Assembly: GCA_003140275.1 (NCBI GenBank)
Contig: PLJQ01000364.1
Location: 6,518 to 44,409, forward strand
Reading direction: 5' to 3'
From: Limisphaerales bacterium
GTDB taxonomy: Bacteria; Verrucomicrobiota; Verrucomicrobiia; Limisphaerales; PALSA-1396
Length of the DNA: 37,892 nt
Below the pieces are notes generated by a model that worked only from the letters and a program-made list of their open reading frames with translations, had not been told where the DNA came from and searched no databases. The position numbers and the translations under genes are program-made. Below are positions 8,975 to 20,600 of the stretch, one piece after another (the stretch's first letter is position 1; each line of letters opens with the position of its first letter).

Positions 8975-10180
8975 ATGAAGCACCTAAACACCAACAGCAC
9001 ATTTACTATTTTGTTAATGTGGATATTGGGACTGAGCGTGCCTCCCTCAATAATGAGCGCAGACTCCACCGGAAAGGTAGGCGGTGGTGGTTCAAAGTCC
9101 ACCACTAACCAAAGCGCACCAACTTCGCCCGGCAATAACGCTAGCTCAAGCGGAGACCAATCATCTTCACAACAAAACAGCGCCTCTTCTTCCGCCCTCA
9201 GCCTCGGAGCAAGCATGCTTTCTTACGAAGCGATGGAGCGAATTGCAAACGACATCGCTTTACGAATTAAATCGAACGTGCCCTCTGTGGATACGGTTTA
9301 CATCATGACCGACTTCCTGAATCCGGTTGGCGCTTTATTCAGATACAAAGCGACCTGCAACCAATTGGACAATCTGGAAAAATCCTATCAAAAAACAATC
9401 GGTGATTACTCGGGAAAAGGCGAGGTGAAGATCGAAGGATTCCTGCCGGCAAATCTCGCGGATGCGGTGAGCGCGGTAACTCAACTGCTTGCCCTCATCA
9501 CCACGACAACAACGCTTTCTGTGGTCTCAGTATCAACGAATGAAATGGCCGTGATTCCGCCACTTGCAAGCAAGCTCCGAGAGAAACAAGTTTCGGTGAT
9601 CTACGTGAATCTGTATGCAAACGCGGAGTATGTAACGCAAAACACCTCCATTTTGCAGAAACTGAATACGACTGCGTCATACAAGGCGATGGCGCAGGTG
9701 CTCATAAATCAAACTCCTCCTACGCTGCCTCCATCGAACCCTACAGCCACTCCTCAGCCAAATCCTGATTACACCAAGCTGCCCGAGAGAAAACGGCAGG
9801 ATCTTCTTGTGCTGAACTCGTTGAATTCTGTTTACGACACTGTGGTTGCCAATGTTCTGACAACCAACGTTATGAGTTCTCTCCTCATGGCTGATTTTTA
9901 TGTAAACAACCTCAAGATGAATAGTGCGATTCTGTTGCTGAAAGTGCTTTATGCAGGAGGAGACAACCGAACCAAATCAAATCCATTTGTCAATATTTTT
10001 ACAGATGGGCCGCGTTTTTCTTATGCTGGGGGGGCCGTCGTTTCTTACGTGCTAGTTGATCAAAGTGGAAAAATCGTTCTGTCTGGTACCACGCGTGATT
10101 TTGCAGGTTACAAAAAGCTCTCCGATTCTCCTGACTATAGGATTCACAATAATCTCAGCGTTAAGAAGTACCAGCGATGA
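8975..10180 (+). CDS. Secreted Ser/Thr/Gln-rich protein of unknown function
   Basis: The ORF is open from 8909, but the ATG at 8975 gives MKHLNTNSTFTILLMWILGLSVPPSIMSA (signal-like) and follows aaaggagag. A low-complexity SSSGDQSSSQQNSASSS linker comes next, then a ~300-aa region with no motif I recognise. The gene is visibly AT-richer than its neighbours: the hand-counted line 9961-10020 has 22 G+C of 60. Confidence 0.65.
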   Translation: MKHLNTNSTFTILLMWILGLSVPPSIMSADSTGKVGGGGSKSTTNQSAPTSPGNNASSSGDQSSSQQNSASSSALSLGASMLSYEAMERIANDIALRIKSNVPSVDTVYIMTDFLNPVGALFRYKATCNQLDNLEKSYQKTIGDYSGKGEVKIEGFLPANLADAVSAVTQLLALITTTTTLSVVSVSTNEMAVIPPLASKLREKQVSVIYVNLYANAEYVTQNTSILQKLNTTASYKAMAQVLINQTPPTLPPSNPTATPQPNPDYTKLPERKRQDLLVLNSLNSVYDTVVANVLTTNVMSSLLMADFYVNNLKMNSAILLLKVLYAGGDNRTKSNPFVNIFTDGPRFSYAGGAVVSYVLVDQSGKIVLSGTTRDFAGYKKLSDSPDYRIHNNLSVKKYQR

Positions 10181-10560
10181 GAATCGCGGTGACATGCAAT
10201 GCTTAACGAACTGATTTTTGATTCACAGCGGTGTTGTTCCCTCGTGCCATGGTGTACTGCGGACCTGTCCCACGCTGCTGTCACAAGAGTGGGCCGGTGG
10301 GACCGACTCGCAAACGCTGCAAGTCCTCAAAACGTGGACGCAGACGAGGAATCATAAGTGTCATTCCTTTCCTTTGTTTTAAGGTTCAGAGGGAAATGAC
10401 ACTCGGATAATGTCGAGCTGAAAAATGAACGACACCTCAGCTTTTTGAAGAACCGCCCCTGGTGCTCGGCATAATCCTAAACCGACATGGCGTTCCGCCA
10501 ACAAAGGGCCGCTTCATGTTCACCCACTAATCGTCCGCGAAGGCACCGGCAGGAACACTC

Positions 10561-10890
10561 TCACGCTGGAGGCACTTGCCCTCGCGACAATTTCACACGG
10601 TAATGCGGAGCGAGTTCTTTTATCTTGCCTTTCAGATTCCTGGGCAACAGATCGTCGGCCTTAACGCCAAGGACCTTGGCAAGGACAAAAAGCTCCAGAT
10701 CAGGAACGCGCCGTTGTTGATTTTCCAAAGTGGTCACAGCGTTTCGGCTCACGTCCCAGCCAGTTAATTGAAGCCTTACGGCAAGGTGCTCTTGGCTCCA
10801 ACCCTTTTGTGTTCGCAGTTTGCGTACTTGTGGACCAATGACGTTTAGCGGTGAAGGCTTCTTTTTAATGCCTACCACCGTAACAATCAA
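10561..10890 (-). CDS. XRE/Cro-type helix-turn-helix transcriptional regulator
   Basis: IGPQVRKLRTQKGWSQEHLAVRLQLTGWDVSRNAVTTLENQQRRVPDLELFVLAKVLGVKADDL is a classic HTH_3-like pattern. The start is uncertain: the track start is TTG, a GTG lies four codons in, and there is no ATG. Confidence 0.7.
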   Translation of the reverse strand: MIVTVVGIKKKPSPLNVIGPQVRKLRTQKGWSQEHLAVRLQLTGWDVSRNAVTTLENQQRRVPDLELFVLAKVLGVKADDLLPRNLKGKIKELAPHYRVKLSRGQVPPA

Positions 10891-11139
10891 TCATTTATGG
10901 GGATGTTGCCTTTACTGGTCGAATATACATTTAGAAAAAGCTTGCTATGTCTGCGGCAATCGCCGAGAAATGCCATGCTCTAACACCGACACACCCGACA
11001 AGGGGAAAACCACCTTAGCCGTCCGCCGCCGCTCTGACGTGTATTTTTTGTGTTTCTTCGAGGAGCTGTTGGCGTTGTTTGGATAATTGTACGTCCGAAA
11101 ACAGCAGCTTAACCGCCCGATCATTAGAAAGATAATTTG

Positions 11140-11574
11140 ATGCAAACCACAAAAAGCCATCCCCGCCTAACGCCGTTCTTCACCATTACTGCCAGCGTGA
11201 TAGCAGTTGTTTCATTGTTGACTGCCCTCGCCGACGTGCCGCAGCCCGTGCTTTCGATAACATCCCTCGGCAGCAACCAGTTCAACATCGTCATCACCAA
11301 TGCGGTGACGACGACGAATTACACGCTGTTCTGGACGCCGTATCTTGGGAATCCAAGTTATCCTTGGGAAGTCATCGGAATTGCGAACGTTGGTGAAACC
11401 AACTTCATGGTTGACGGGAGCGAATGGGCGAGCGGATTTTTCCGGGCCACTTTGGGAATTGATAGTGACGGTGACGGAGTTCCAGATTGGCAGGATGCCC
11501 GCCCGAATGACCCTGCCATCGGCCTGATGACCGTCACCATCGAAACTCCTACCAATGGCTCCAACGTGCAGTAA
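11140..11574 (+). CDS. Small secreted or anchored protein with an F[FY]R beta-module and a DxDxDG calcium-binding-like motif, directly upstream of rhs
   Basis: The ATG at 11140 lies one codon after the track TTG. The hydrophobic segment is FFTITASVIAVVSLLTALA. The module ...FNIVITN...YTLFWTP...W.......GFFRATLG resembles the C-terminal modules of the GloVer proteins. DSDGDGVPDWQD is thrombospondin-type-3-like. The gene ends 45 nt before rhs. Confidence 0.7.
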   Translation: MQTTKSHPRLTPFFTITASVIAVVSLLTALADVPQPVLSITSLGSNQFNIVITNAVTTTNYTLFWTPYLGNPSYPWEVIGIANVGETNFMVDGSEWASGFFRATLGIDSDGDGVPDWQDARPNDPAIGLMTVTIETPTNGSNVQ

Positions 11575-11619
11575 GCCGCTAAATTTGGTGAAGCTAATCC
11601 GCCTACCTGACCCCCCATT

Positions 11620-14600
11620 ATGAACACTCGTATGTTGTCTTTTGCCAAGCAATTTCTGATCGGCTGTATAATTGTGCTGGTGACCGCCGACGTGCAAGCC
11701 CAAACGCCCACCGCGTACAACATTCGTTTTTTACGAGGCCGGGGCAGCAACTTGCGCTACTACTCGATGGTCGTTCCTTTGAGCGGACAACAGGCCGCTC
11801 CCTTTGCGGAACCAATCGCCGCGACTTATTATCATCTTAACGCCACCAATTCCGGTTCGCAGGATTACATTACCAACCGATTTGCTTTCACTAATGTTCT
11901 GGCCTCCTTCGGCTCCCAAATGGGCGGGCCTTCGCTTTATTTGAATCAGGCGTACCGCTTCGGGATTTACGCGGGGGATCCGACCCTTTCAGCTTCGTGG
12001 ACGAACGCGGTTTTGATCTTTGTCTATTCCAAAACGAACAATTCGTTGATTGATACGATGTCGCTCGCGTACCCTGACGCACCCGATACTAATCAGTGGA
12101 CCCAGGTTTTAACGAACGGCCGGACCAGCGTAGTCAGCGGCTACGGCCTGACGACCACTCTCTATCAACAACCCGACACAATCTGGGGCAACGGCATTTG
12201 GGGGGAATGTACGCTGACGCATGTCGCGACGAGCGCCGCCACCAATTATGTATTCGTCACCTACATGCTTGGGCTGACGGACTTGGGCGGAATGATGTTG
12301 CAGGCCGACGGTTCGTGGTATTGGGAACCTTTGTACAGCGTCGATTTCGACCCACGCCCGGCGACGCGGGTCAGTTTCGTGGATCAGGCGCAGTTTCAAG
12401 GCGTGCCGATGCCCTCAGAATACTATGGCAAATCATTAACAGAATTGCTCTCAGTTCATGCCGTGGTGACCAACGCGGTTTCCAGCGCTGCCACCAACTG
12501 GCTGGACCTGGACAACAGCCCTGAACTCCGCGACCACCCGACCTTGGACCAATTTGTAACCGACATGGGGAGCAACGCTCTCGCACTGGCCAGTTTCGTC
12601 CAGAATGAAATCGAGTTGACCGACGCCATCGCGTACAACAACGACACCAACAAGCTGTTGGACACCGCAATTAACCTCGGAGGCGTTAACCGCGGCGCCT
12701 TGGGCACTTACCTGGAGGGACAGGGTTCTCCGGTCGAGCAATGTGCCCTCTTGATTTATCTCTTGCGCCGTGCCGGCGTTCCGGCGGGTTACATTTATCC
12801 GCCTTACGACGGGGTGCAGATGGTGGATGCCGGTTTGAGCAAGTTGTTGCAAGTGCAGCTACGCGGCGCAGTAACTTCCGACGGCTTTATTTACACCACC
12901 AACAGCCTGATTTCGGTCAACTATCCTTGGGTGGCGGCTTACGTTGACGGGCAGTGGGTGCATCTTTTTCCCTGGCTGAAAGACACTTCGGTAACTGAGG
13001 GCCTGAATCTCTATGATTACATGCCCACCAATTACAACAACGGGGCCAAATGGGCGGACCATTACATCCGGAACGATACGAACATCTTCTCCTTGAGCGC
13101 CTCAGCGGACACGCCCGATGTGTTGTTTCCCAACTTCATTCAGAACGCCCTGCTGACCACCGCTCCGGGAGTTTCCATTGATGACCTTGGCATCACGGCG
13201 TTCAATCGCCGCGTTGAGTATTCGCGTTGGAGTGATTTTCCGACCCCCTTTGCGGTGACCAACGGGGCGGTCAACACCGTGCATGACCTCACGAGCATCA
13301 CGAACCTCTATCCGACTTTCACCAACATCTTCGACACGGTTGGCATCCAGATCTATAGCACGAGCGCCACCAACAAGAGCCTGTTCACAGGCGACCTTCG
13401 CACGTGCGATTTGCATGATCGAAAGTTCATCATCCGACAGCAGACCAACGGGGCCAATTACATCCTGACTTTATCTTTGGCTCCCTACCGCTCGTCTCTT
13501 ACCAACGTGATGAATTTCACCAACGACCCGGCCCTGCTCAAGCCACAGCAGATGCAATTGACGCTGGCCAGCACCAACGACAATCTGACCGTGCATTTCA
13601 ATTTCAAACGACACCGCACGCTGCCCGCTGCGGTCACGAATTATTCCAGCTATTTAGCAGTGAACGAGGTTTTACAGTATTCATCCGATTCCTCGATACG
13701 GCTGGGAGATTTGGCGGCGATCTGCCTCGATTTGGGGAGGGTCAGCCAGAAGATGTTGACTCCCTGGGCGCAGGAATACTGGAACATGCAAAACCAGGTC
13801 AAGGCGAACCCTTCGATCACCAATTCGCTCTCACCCGACACAACGCAGGGAACCCTGCCGTACCTCATGGGCATGGCCTACTACGAGCGAACCGACAAGT
13901 TCGACGCCAAGAACCAGGCGTTGCACAAGGTTAGGTTGGGGACGCAAGTCAGCATCGGACTTTCTCTCCTCTCGGCTCAGCGGAACACCAGCGGCCAATT
14001 AATCCTGCCGCTCAAGCTCTACCATCCTGCGGTGGACATGTTTATCGAGCAAGTCAGCCTCTTCGGAAACCAAAGCATCCACCTCGACTACGGTTCCGAT
14101 TTCTACGCCAACCGGGATGATTACATTTGGATCTCCAACCTCGAAGGTTCAGCGCAGGAGCACCAGATCATTGATGATTTTTATACCCGGACCGGAGGTG
14201 TCTCCACCGTGAAGCTGTTGCGGCAAGCGCAGCAAGCGGGTCAACCCGGCATGTTCGAGTTGAACATAAACACCTATGCCAGCCACAACAATTTGTCCAC
14301 TTACGACTCCGGCATTTGGAAACAAGTGACGAATGTCTTCGCGTCCGGGCCGGGTCAATTTGCCATTGTGTACATCACCGCCGCTCCCATAACCAACACC
14401 GCCGCCTCGTACAAGGGGATGGGGGCGCTGGTTTACAGCCGGGACGTGGAAGCCGCGTTAATCAGCGGCAATCAATTGCCGCAGAACGGCGGCTGGGGAA
14501 TACCGCTCACCGACCCCATCTACAATCCGCCCGATTACAACTACAATAACCTGACTTTTAACTCCTCAGATTACAGCAGCGGCGGCAGCAGATATGACAG

Positions 14601-17600
14601 TGGCTGGCAGGTGTCCTACTCTGCGCCGAGTGTCGGCACGCCGGCATTTTTGTCGGAGTCGGTTTCCTGGTGGGACACAGCTTCGACATACGGTTTCATT
14701 TCATCGGGCGCGATCAATTGGGGCTGGAATCCATTCGACTCCCTTCAATTCAATTATGCTTCCTATTACCTGAACCTGCCCACCGCGAGCACCTATCAGG
14801 ACACGGTTGACAACGGCAGTGGGTACGGGCCAGCCGTAGGCCCGGAATACGCGCAACTGGCCGGCACGGTTTCCGACCCGGTCAACGCCGTGAGCGGCGA
14901 GTTTTACATCGAAGCGACCGATTTGAGTTTGCCCGGCCAGATGCCGCTCCTCATCCGCCGCAATTATTCCAGCCAGAACGTCGACATGGGTGACAGCCCG
15001 TTCGGTTGCGGCTGGCGTCCCGCATACCAGCCTTATTTGCGGATGGTTTCGACCAATCTGATTTATGCCACGGAAATGGACGGCACCGTGGTGGCGTATC
15101 GCCAGCCGAGTCCCGGCACCAACTATTGGAAGCCGACCGCGGCGGACAATCCCGAACTCAACAACCGCAGCGTGGCGGGCATCGGTTCGACGGCGAACCT
15201 GTTCAACAACTACCTCACCAACGCGATAACGGGAGGAGCAACAAATTATTACCTCTCCGGCGCGGACGGCAGTGTCCGCTTTTTCCAATACACGAATTAC
15301 CCGGTCGTCGGCACAAACGGAACCGGCTTCGACCGTTACCGTCCGTATTTGCAGCAATGGACGGACGTGAACGGAAACAACTACGCATTTTCGTTTCAGA
15401 CCGACAACACCCAGCCGGATTACGGGCAGGTGCATCGCATCCAAAGCAGCAGCGGCAATTTCCTCGTGTTCAACTATGACTCCTTCGGCCACATCACCGA
15501 CGCCTACACGGAGGACGGGCGGCGTTTGCATTACGAGTACGACACGCACGGCGACCTGATTGCGGTGACATTCCCGGACGAATCGCAAATCAATTATGCC
15601 TACCAGCATTCCACCATCGTCACCAACAGCATGACGAACGTGGTTTCCAGTCACTTGCTTTTGACCGAGCAAAAGCCCGATGGACGGTTGTTATCCAACA
15701 GCTATGACAGCTTGCGCCGGGTGGTCACGCAGGCCGCCACGGTCGGCAGCGATCTTCGGCTGGTGACCAATGCCACTTTCATTTACAGCAACAACTTCAC
15801 GAACCTGACCAACTCCATCATCACCGGGACGACCTACGTGAAGGACGTGTTTGGGAAGACGAACTCGTATCAGTACACCAGCAATTTTATCACGGGCATC
15901 ACCGATCAATTGGGGCAGTCCATCACCCAGGTCTGGTTCACCAATTCCGGCGACCCGGGCTATTATCCGCACAGCCTCAAATCCCGGACGGACAAACGCG
16001 GTCTCAAAACCGATTATCAACATGATTCCTTGGGCAATCTGTCCCAGGTGACGCTCACCGGAAATTTGACGGGCGGTACGGCCACCAACGAAACGGCGAC
16101 CTATCAATTTACCTACACCAGTCGCAATCTGCTTTCCACCGCGACCGACCCGCTGACCAATCAAGTCGTTTGCGCTTACACCAACACGACATTTCCCATG
16201 TCGCCCACGGCGATTGTGCGGCAGGCCAACGGCGTTCCCATTTCCACGAATCAATTTTTCTACACGAGCGTGGTCCAGGTGGTCACCAACGGAGCCGTGT
16301 CCACCAACAGCAGTTTCGGGCTGGCATCGCGCGTGATTCGGGGCGGCTTTTCGACCAATGATTTTGCCTATGACGGACGCGGGTTCCTGGCGCAGGCCAT
16401 CCGTTACACCGGCACCGGCGACCCGGCGGTAACGAATACCCTCCTCTATACCGACCGGGGTGAACTCAAGCAAAGCACGGATGCCGCTGGCCGCAGCAAA
16501 GTGTTTGCGTATGACGGCATGGGGCGCGTGACTGCGGAGGAAGTGTACGAAGCCAACGCCACCACGCCGGAAGGTTTCAATTATTCCTATTACAATGAAA
16601 ACGGCGAGTTGGTTTGGACCGATGGCCCGCGTTACAACCCGGAAGATTATATTTGGCGCGATTACGACGGAGCGGGAAGAAAAATTACTGAAATCCATTG
16701 GCGCAGCGCGGCCTTCGGCGACGGCAGCGGCGTCACGGCTGACCCGGCCAATCTCTATTCCACCACGTTTTACCAGTACGACTCGTTCGGGAACCTGACC
16801 CAAATAAATGACCCGCTGGGCAATTATATTGTCCAGAGTTTCGATGCCATCGGCCAACTGACCGGGCAGGTGTTTTTTGGCGCGAACGGCGTGGCGCTGG
16901 CGACCAACCGCCTTGCCTACGAGCCGGGCGGTCAAGTGGCCTTCGCGACCAACGCGCTCGGTGGAGTGACCACCAAGCAATACACGTTCACCGGCAAGCC
17001 CAGATTTCAGCAGAACCCGGACGGCTCCACCAACTCGTGGCAATACGATTTGTCCGGGCGAGTGGTCAATGAATTCCTGCCCAACGGGAATTTCTGGCAG
17101 ACCGTTTACAATGACGCAGGTAATACCATTACCCGCTATTTCAACAATGGTTCGGGTGTTCTCGCGACGAACATTGCGCAATTTGACGCGCGTGGAAACG
17201 CGATTCAAACCACCGATGCCGAAGGCAATACCTTCACCAATCTGTTTGACGGTCTGGACAGAATCAAAATTGCCGCCGGTCCAGCTATTGTCTCAGTAAT
17301 TGAAGACTGCGGTATAAGCGGTTCGGGTTGCGGAGTGTATGTCACCAACGTCCTCCAACACGCCGTCACGAATTTTTATGACAATGCCGGTGTCACCTCC
17401 ACCAATGTCAATGCGCTCGGCGAGAAAACCATTGCGACGTTCGATGCCTTGGGGCGCACTACGAGGGTTGAAGTGCGTTCCGCGACCGGCACATCCGTGC
17501 GGGTAACCACAACTGCTTACAGTGCCGACCACCAAAGCGTGACCGTCACCAACGGCACCGGCGCGAGTGCGGTTGCCACGACCACGTACACCGACAACGC

Positions 17601-20600
17601 GGGCCACGCTCTTTTGACCATCACTTATCCGACCAACGGCGTCCGGGAATATATTTGGCGGCAGTATGACGCCGCTGAAAACCGGATCGCCGAAGACCAG
17701 TGTTCGTATAATGGAGCGGTCAGTGTTTGGGCCACGAATGTCTGGACGTATGATGGATTGAACCGGGTAAAAACCGGAGTTATCAGGGACGGAGCTTTAA
17801 CCACCTACGGTTATGATGCTCTCGGAGACGTGACCAATCGCGCAATGCCGGGTGGCTTGACGTGGAGCGCCACCTACTTGAACGACGGCAGGATTTCCAC
17901 CGAACAGGTCACCGGCGGTTCGCAAACCGCCCGCTCCATGACGTACTCGTATTATGCGGCAGGAAATCCGTTCGCCGGGAAATTACAGACCCTCACGGAC
18001 GGACGCGGCACGAGCCGGACAAACAGCTACGACGATTTTCTGCGGCTGGCCTCGGTCAACACCGGCGGCAGCCTGGCGGAACAGCAAACGTCAACCACGT
18101 TTCAATACGACCTCCGCAATTTGCTTATCAACCTGGTGCAATCGTTCAACAGCACCAACACCGGCCCTTCAACCACGATCCTGCGCGCCTTCGACAGTTA
18201 CGGGCAACTCGGCTCAGAGTCGGTTTCAATTGGCAGCGAGGACGGTTACAGCATGGGCCAGTCCTGGGATGCTGCCGGACGCCGCAGCCAGTTGAATCTG
18301 CCAACTGGCGGGTTGATTGGTTTTGCCTACCGCGCCGATGGTTTGATGACCGTTGCCAGTGGTTCCAGCTTTGGTTACGGAGACACTGGTTTGCTCACCG
18401 GGCGCACGAACAGTTCCCGGAGCTACACCATCAATCAGCGCGACGGCCGGGGCCGCGTTCTCCAAACGACAACCTCCGTCGGGATGCTGACGGCTTTGTC
18501 CGAAACTCTCAACTGGCGCAATGACGGACGATTAAGCAATTACTCCGCCGTCCGTGACGACTTCACCGACACTCGCAATTACACCTATTCAGCATACGCA
18601 CAACGATTAACCCAGGAAGCGTTCAATACCGCTTCCGGCCAGCGCCTCACCAATAATTACACGATCGACCGGGGCACAAACGGAGGTTTGGGGCTCCTGA
18701 CTTCTTCCGCGCAATCCGGTAGCGTTTCGAGCACCTGGAGCGTGCCGACCAGCGGTGGCTTGGACGGACTGAGCCGCGTGGCACAGTCGCAAAACACCAC
18801 CATCAATCGCCCCGCCACCGGCCTGGCTTTGGGTGCGGCCAATGTGGCGGCAACCCTCGACAACAATCCTGTCTCTGTCCAGTTTGACGGCACAGACGCC
18901 GATGGCCGCTGGCGGGCCAGCCTCGATCTCACGCCCGGCTCGCATACGTTGCGGCTCTCCGCAGTGCATCCGAGCGGACTTTATACGGCTTTTGCCACCA
19001 ACATTTTCACCGCGAACGGCGGCGCGACCGACACGGTGACGAATCAATATGACGGTGAAGGCAACATCACCAAACGCCTGTGGATTTCCGGCGGCGCAAC
19101 CAATCGCACCCAAACGCTCACCTGGGATGCCTTTGACCGGCTCATCAAAGTTTCCGACCGCAACGTGCAAGGCAGCGGCTTTGACCATGTATCCATCTAT
19201 GACGGCTTTGGCCGACGAGCGCGGACGATTTACACGATGGTCGTTTCCAACGCGCCCATTACCAACCCATCCGACGCGATCAGCACCGTGGATTCATGGT
19301 ATGATCCGCAAGTCGAGTTTTTGGAAGTCGGAGTTTCGGTTAACGGCTCCGCCACGACGAAGATTTACGGACCGGACGCAGACGGAACTTATGGGGGAAT
19401 GAACGGCGTTGGCGGACTGGAAGCCATTGCCCATTCCGGGCAAGTCAATCCGATTGGCGTAGTGCAGGACGTTTTCGGCAATGTTCAAGGCACAATCACC
19501 AACGGAGCCGTGGCGTGGAATCCAACCCGAGTCAGCAGCTACGGCCCTGTGCCGGGCTATCAATCTCCGGCTCTCTCACTGAATACGCCTTTGGAAAAGT
19601 CAATCGGCTGGCGCGGCAGACGGGTGGATGAAAGTGGATTCGTTTATCTTGGCGCCCGGCACTACGACCCGGTTGCGGGACGCTTCGCAAGCGCCGATCC
19701 GCTTGGACATGCGGCGAGCATGGACTTGTATTCCTTCGCGGGCGGCGACCCGGTGAATTTCTTCGACCCGTCGGGACGATTTGGGCGCGGCAGCTTTGAC
19801 ATTAGCACCGTTCCAAACGTGGCCGAGGAAGTGCGGCGCGAGGAACAGTTCATTGCGGCAGCGTCGGGCCTCGTTGACTTCGTGCCGATTTTGGGCGGAC
19901 TGAAAATGTGGGGCGAGTTGAACAGCGGGCGCGACCTGTTCACGGGTGAACGCATTGACGGCAACGATTACGCACAGGCGGCGGGAATCATTCTCAACTT
20001 CTTAGCGGTTCTGCCGCCCGCGCTTTCGCTTGGCACTGAGGCAAGCGTTGCTGGCGCGGGTGCTACTTTCACAACCACCGAAGCCGGGTTGGCCGGGGCG
20101 GAAGCGCAAAACGTAATTCGAGTGGAATTCGCCGCTGCTGAAGCGGAAGCTACTCTGCCATACAGACAGGGCGTAAATTACAGCTTCACCACGTTCAATG
20201 AGTCCCTTGGGGCTGCGCCTGCACGTAGTGAAGGTGTTCTTGCAGCTACTACTGGAGCCGCAGAGGGGGGAGCGTATAGCGCCATCGGTTCGACCGGCCA
20301 AGTTGGCGAGCAGTGGCTGGCTCAAAACCTTGGCGGAGAGTCGCAAGTCTTCTTCAACACCACCCAGGGCGGACGCTACGTTGACCAGCTTGTGGGAGAC
20401 ATAGCCAACGAATCCAAAGTCGGCTATCAATCGCTGACTCCGAGCATTCAACTGCAAATCTCGAAAGATGCCGAGTTGTTAAACGGCGGTACTTTCCAAA
20501 GCGTAAACTGGCACTTCTTCCAGAGTCCGGTGACGGGTTTGGGCGGCCCTTCTCAGCCGTTGATGAACGCACTGCAGCAGAACGGAATCAATGTTATCAT

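Noticed and set aside
10358..10402. Hairpin GTGTCATTCC...GGAAATGACAC downstream of the XRE gene
   Set aside because: The stem is 8 bp plus a bulge, the loop is ~22 nt, and no U-tract follows on either strand. That is not convincing as an intrinsic terminator. It may be incidental.
14701..17208. 323-aa and 505-aa minus-strand ORFs inside rhs (14701..15672 and 15691..17208), plus many shorter nested ORFs from 11.2 to 20.6 kb
   Set aside because: They lie antisense to an uninterrupted 2,995-aa ORF with dozens of YD repeats. Their sequences are low-complexity and Arg/Gly/Val-rich, with no start-site context. I treat them as artefacts.
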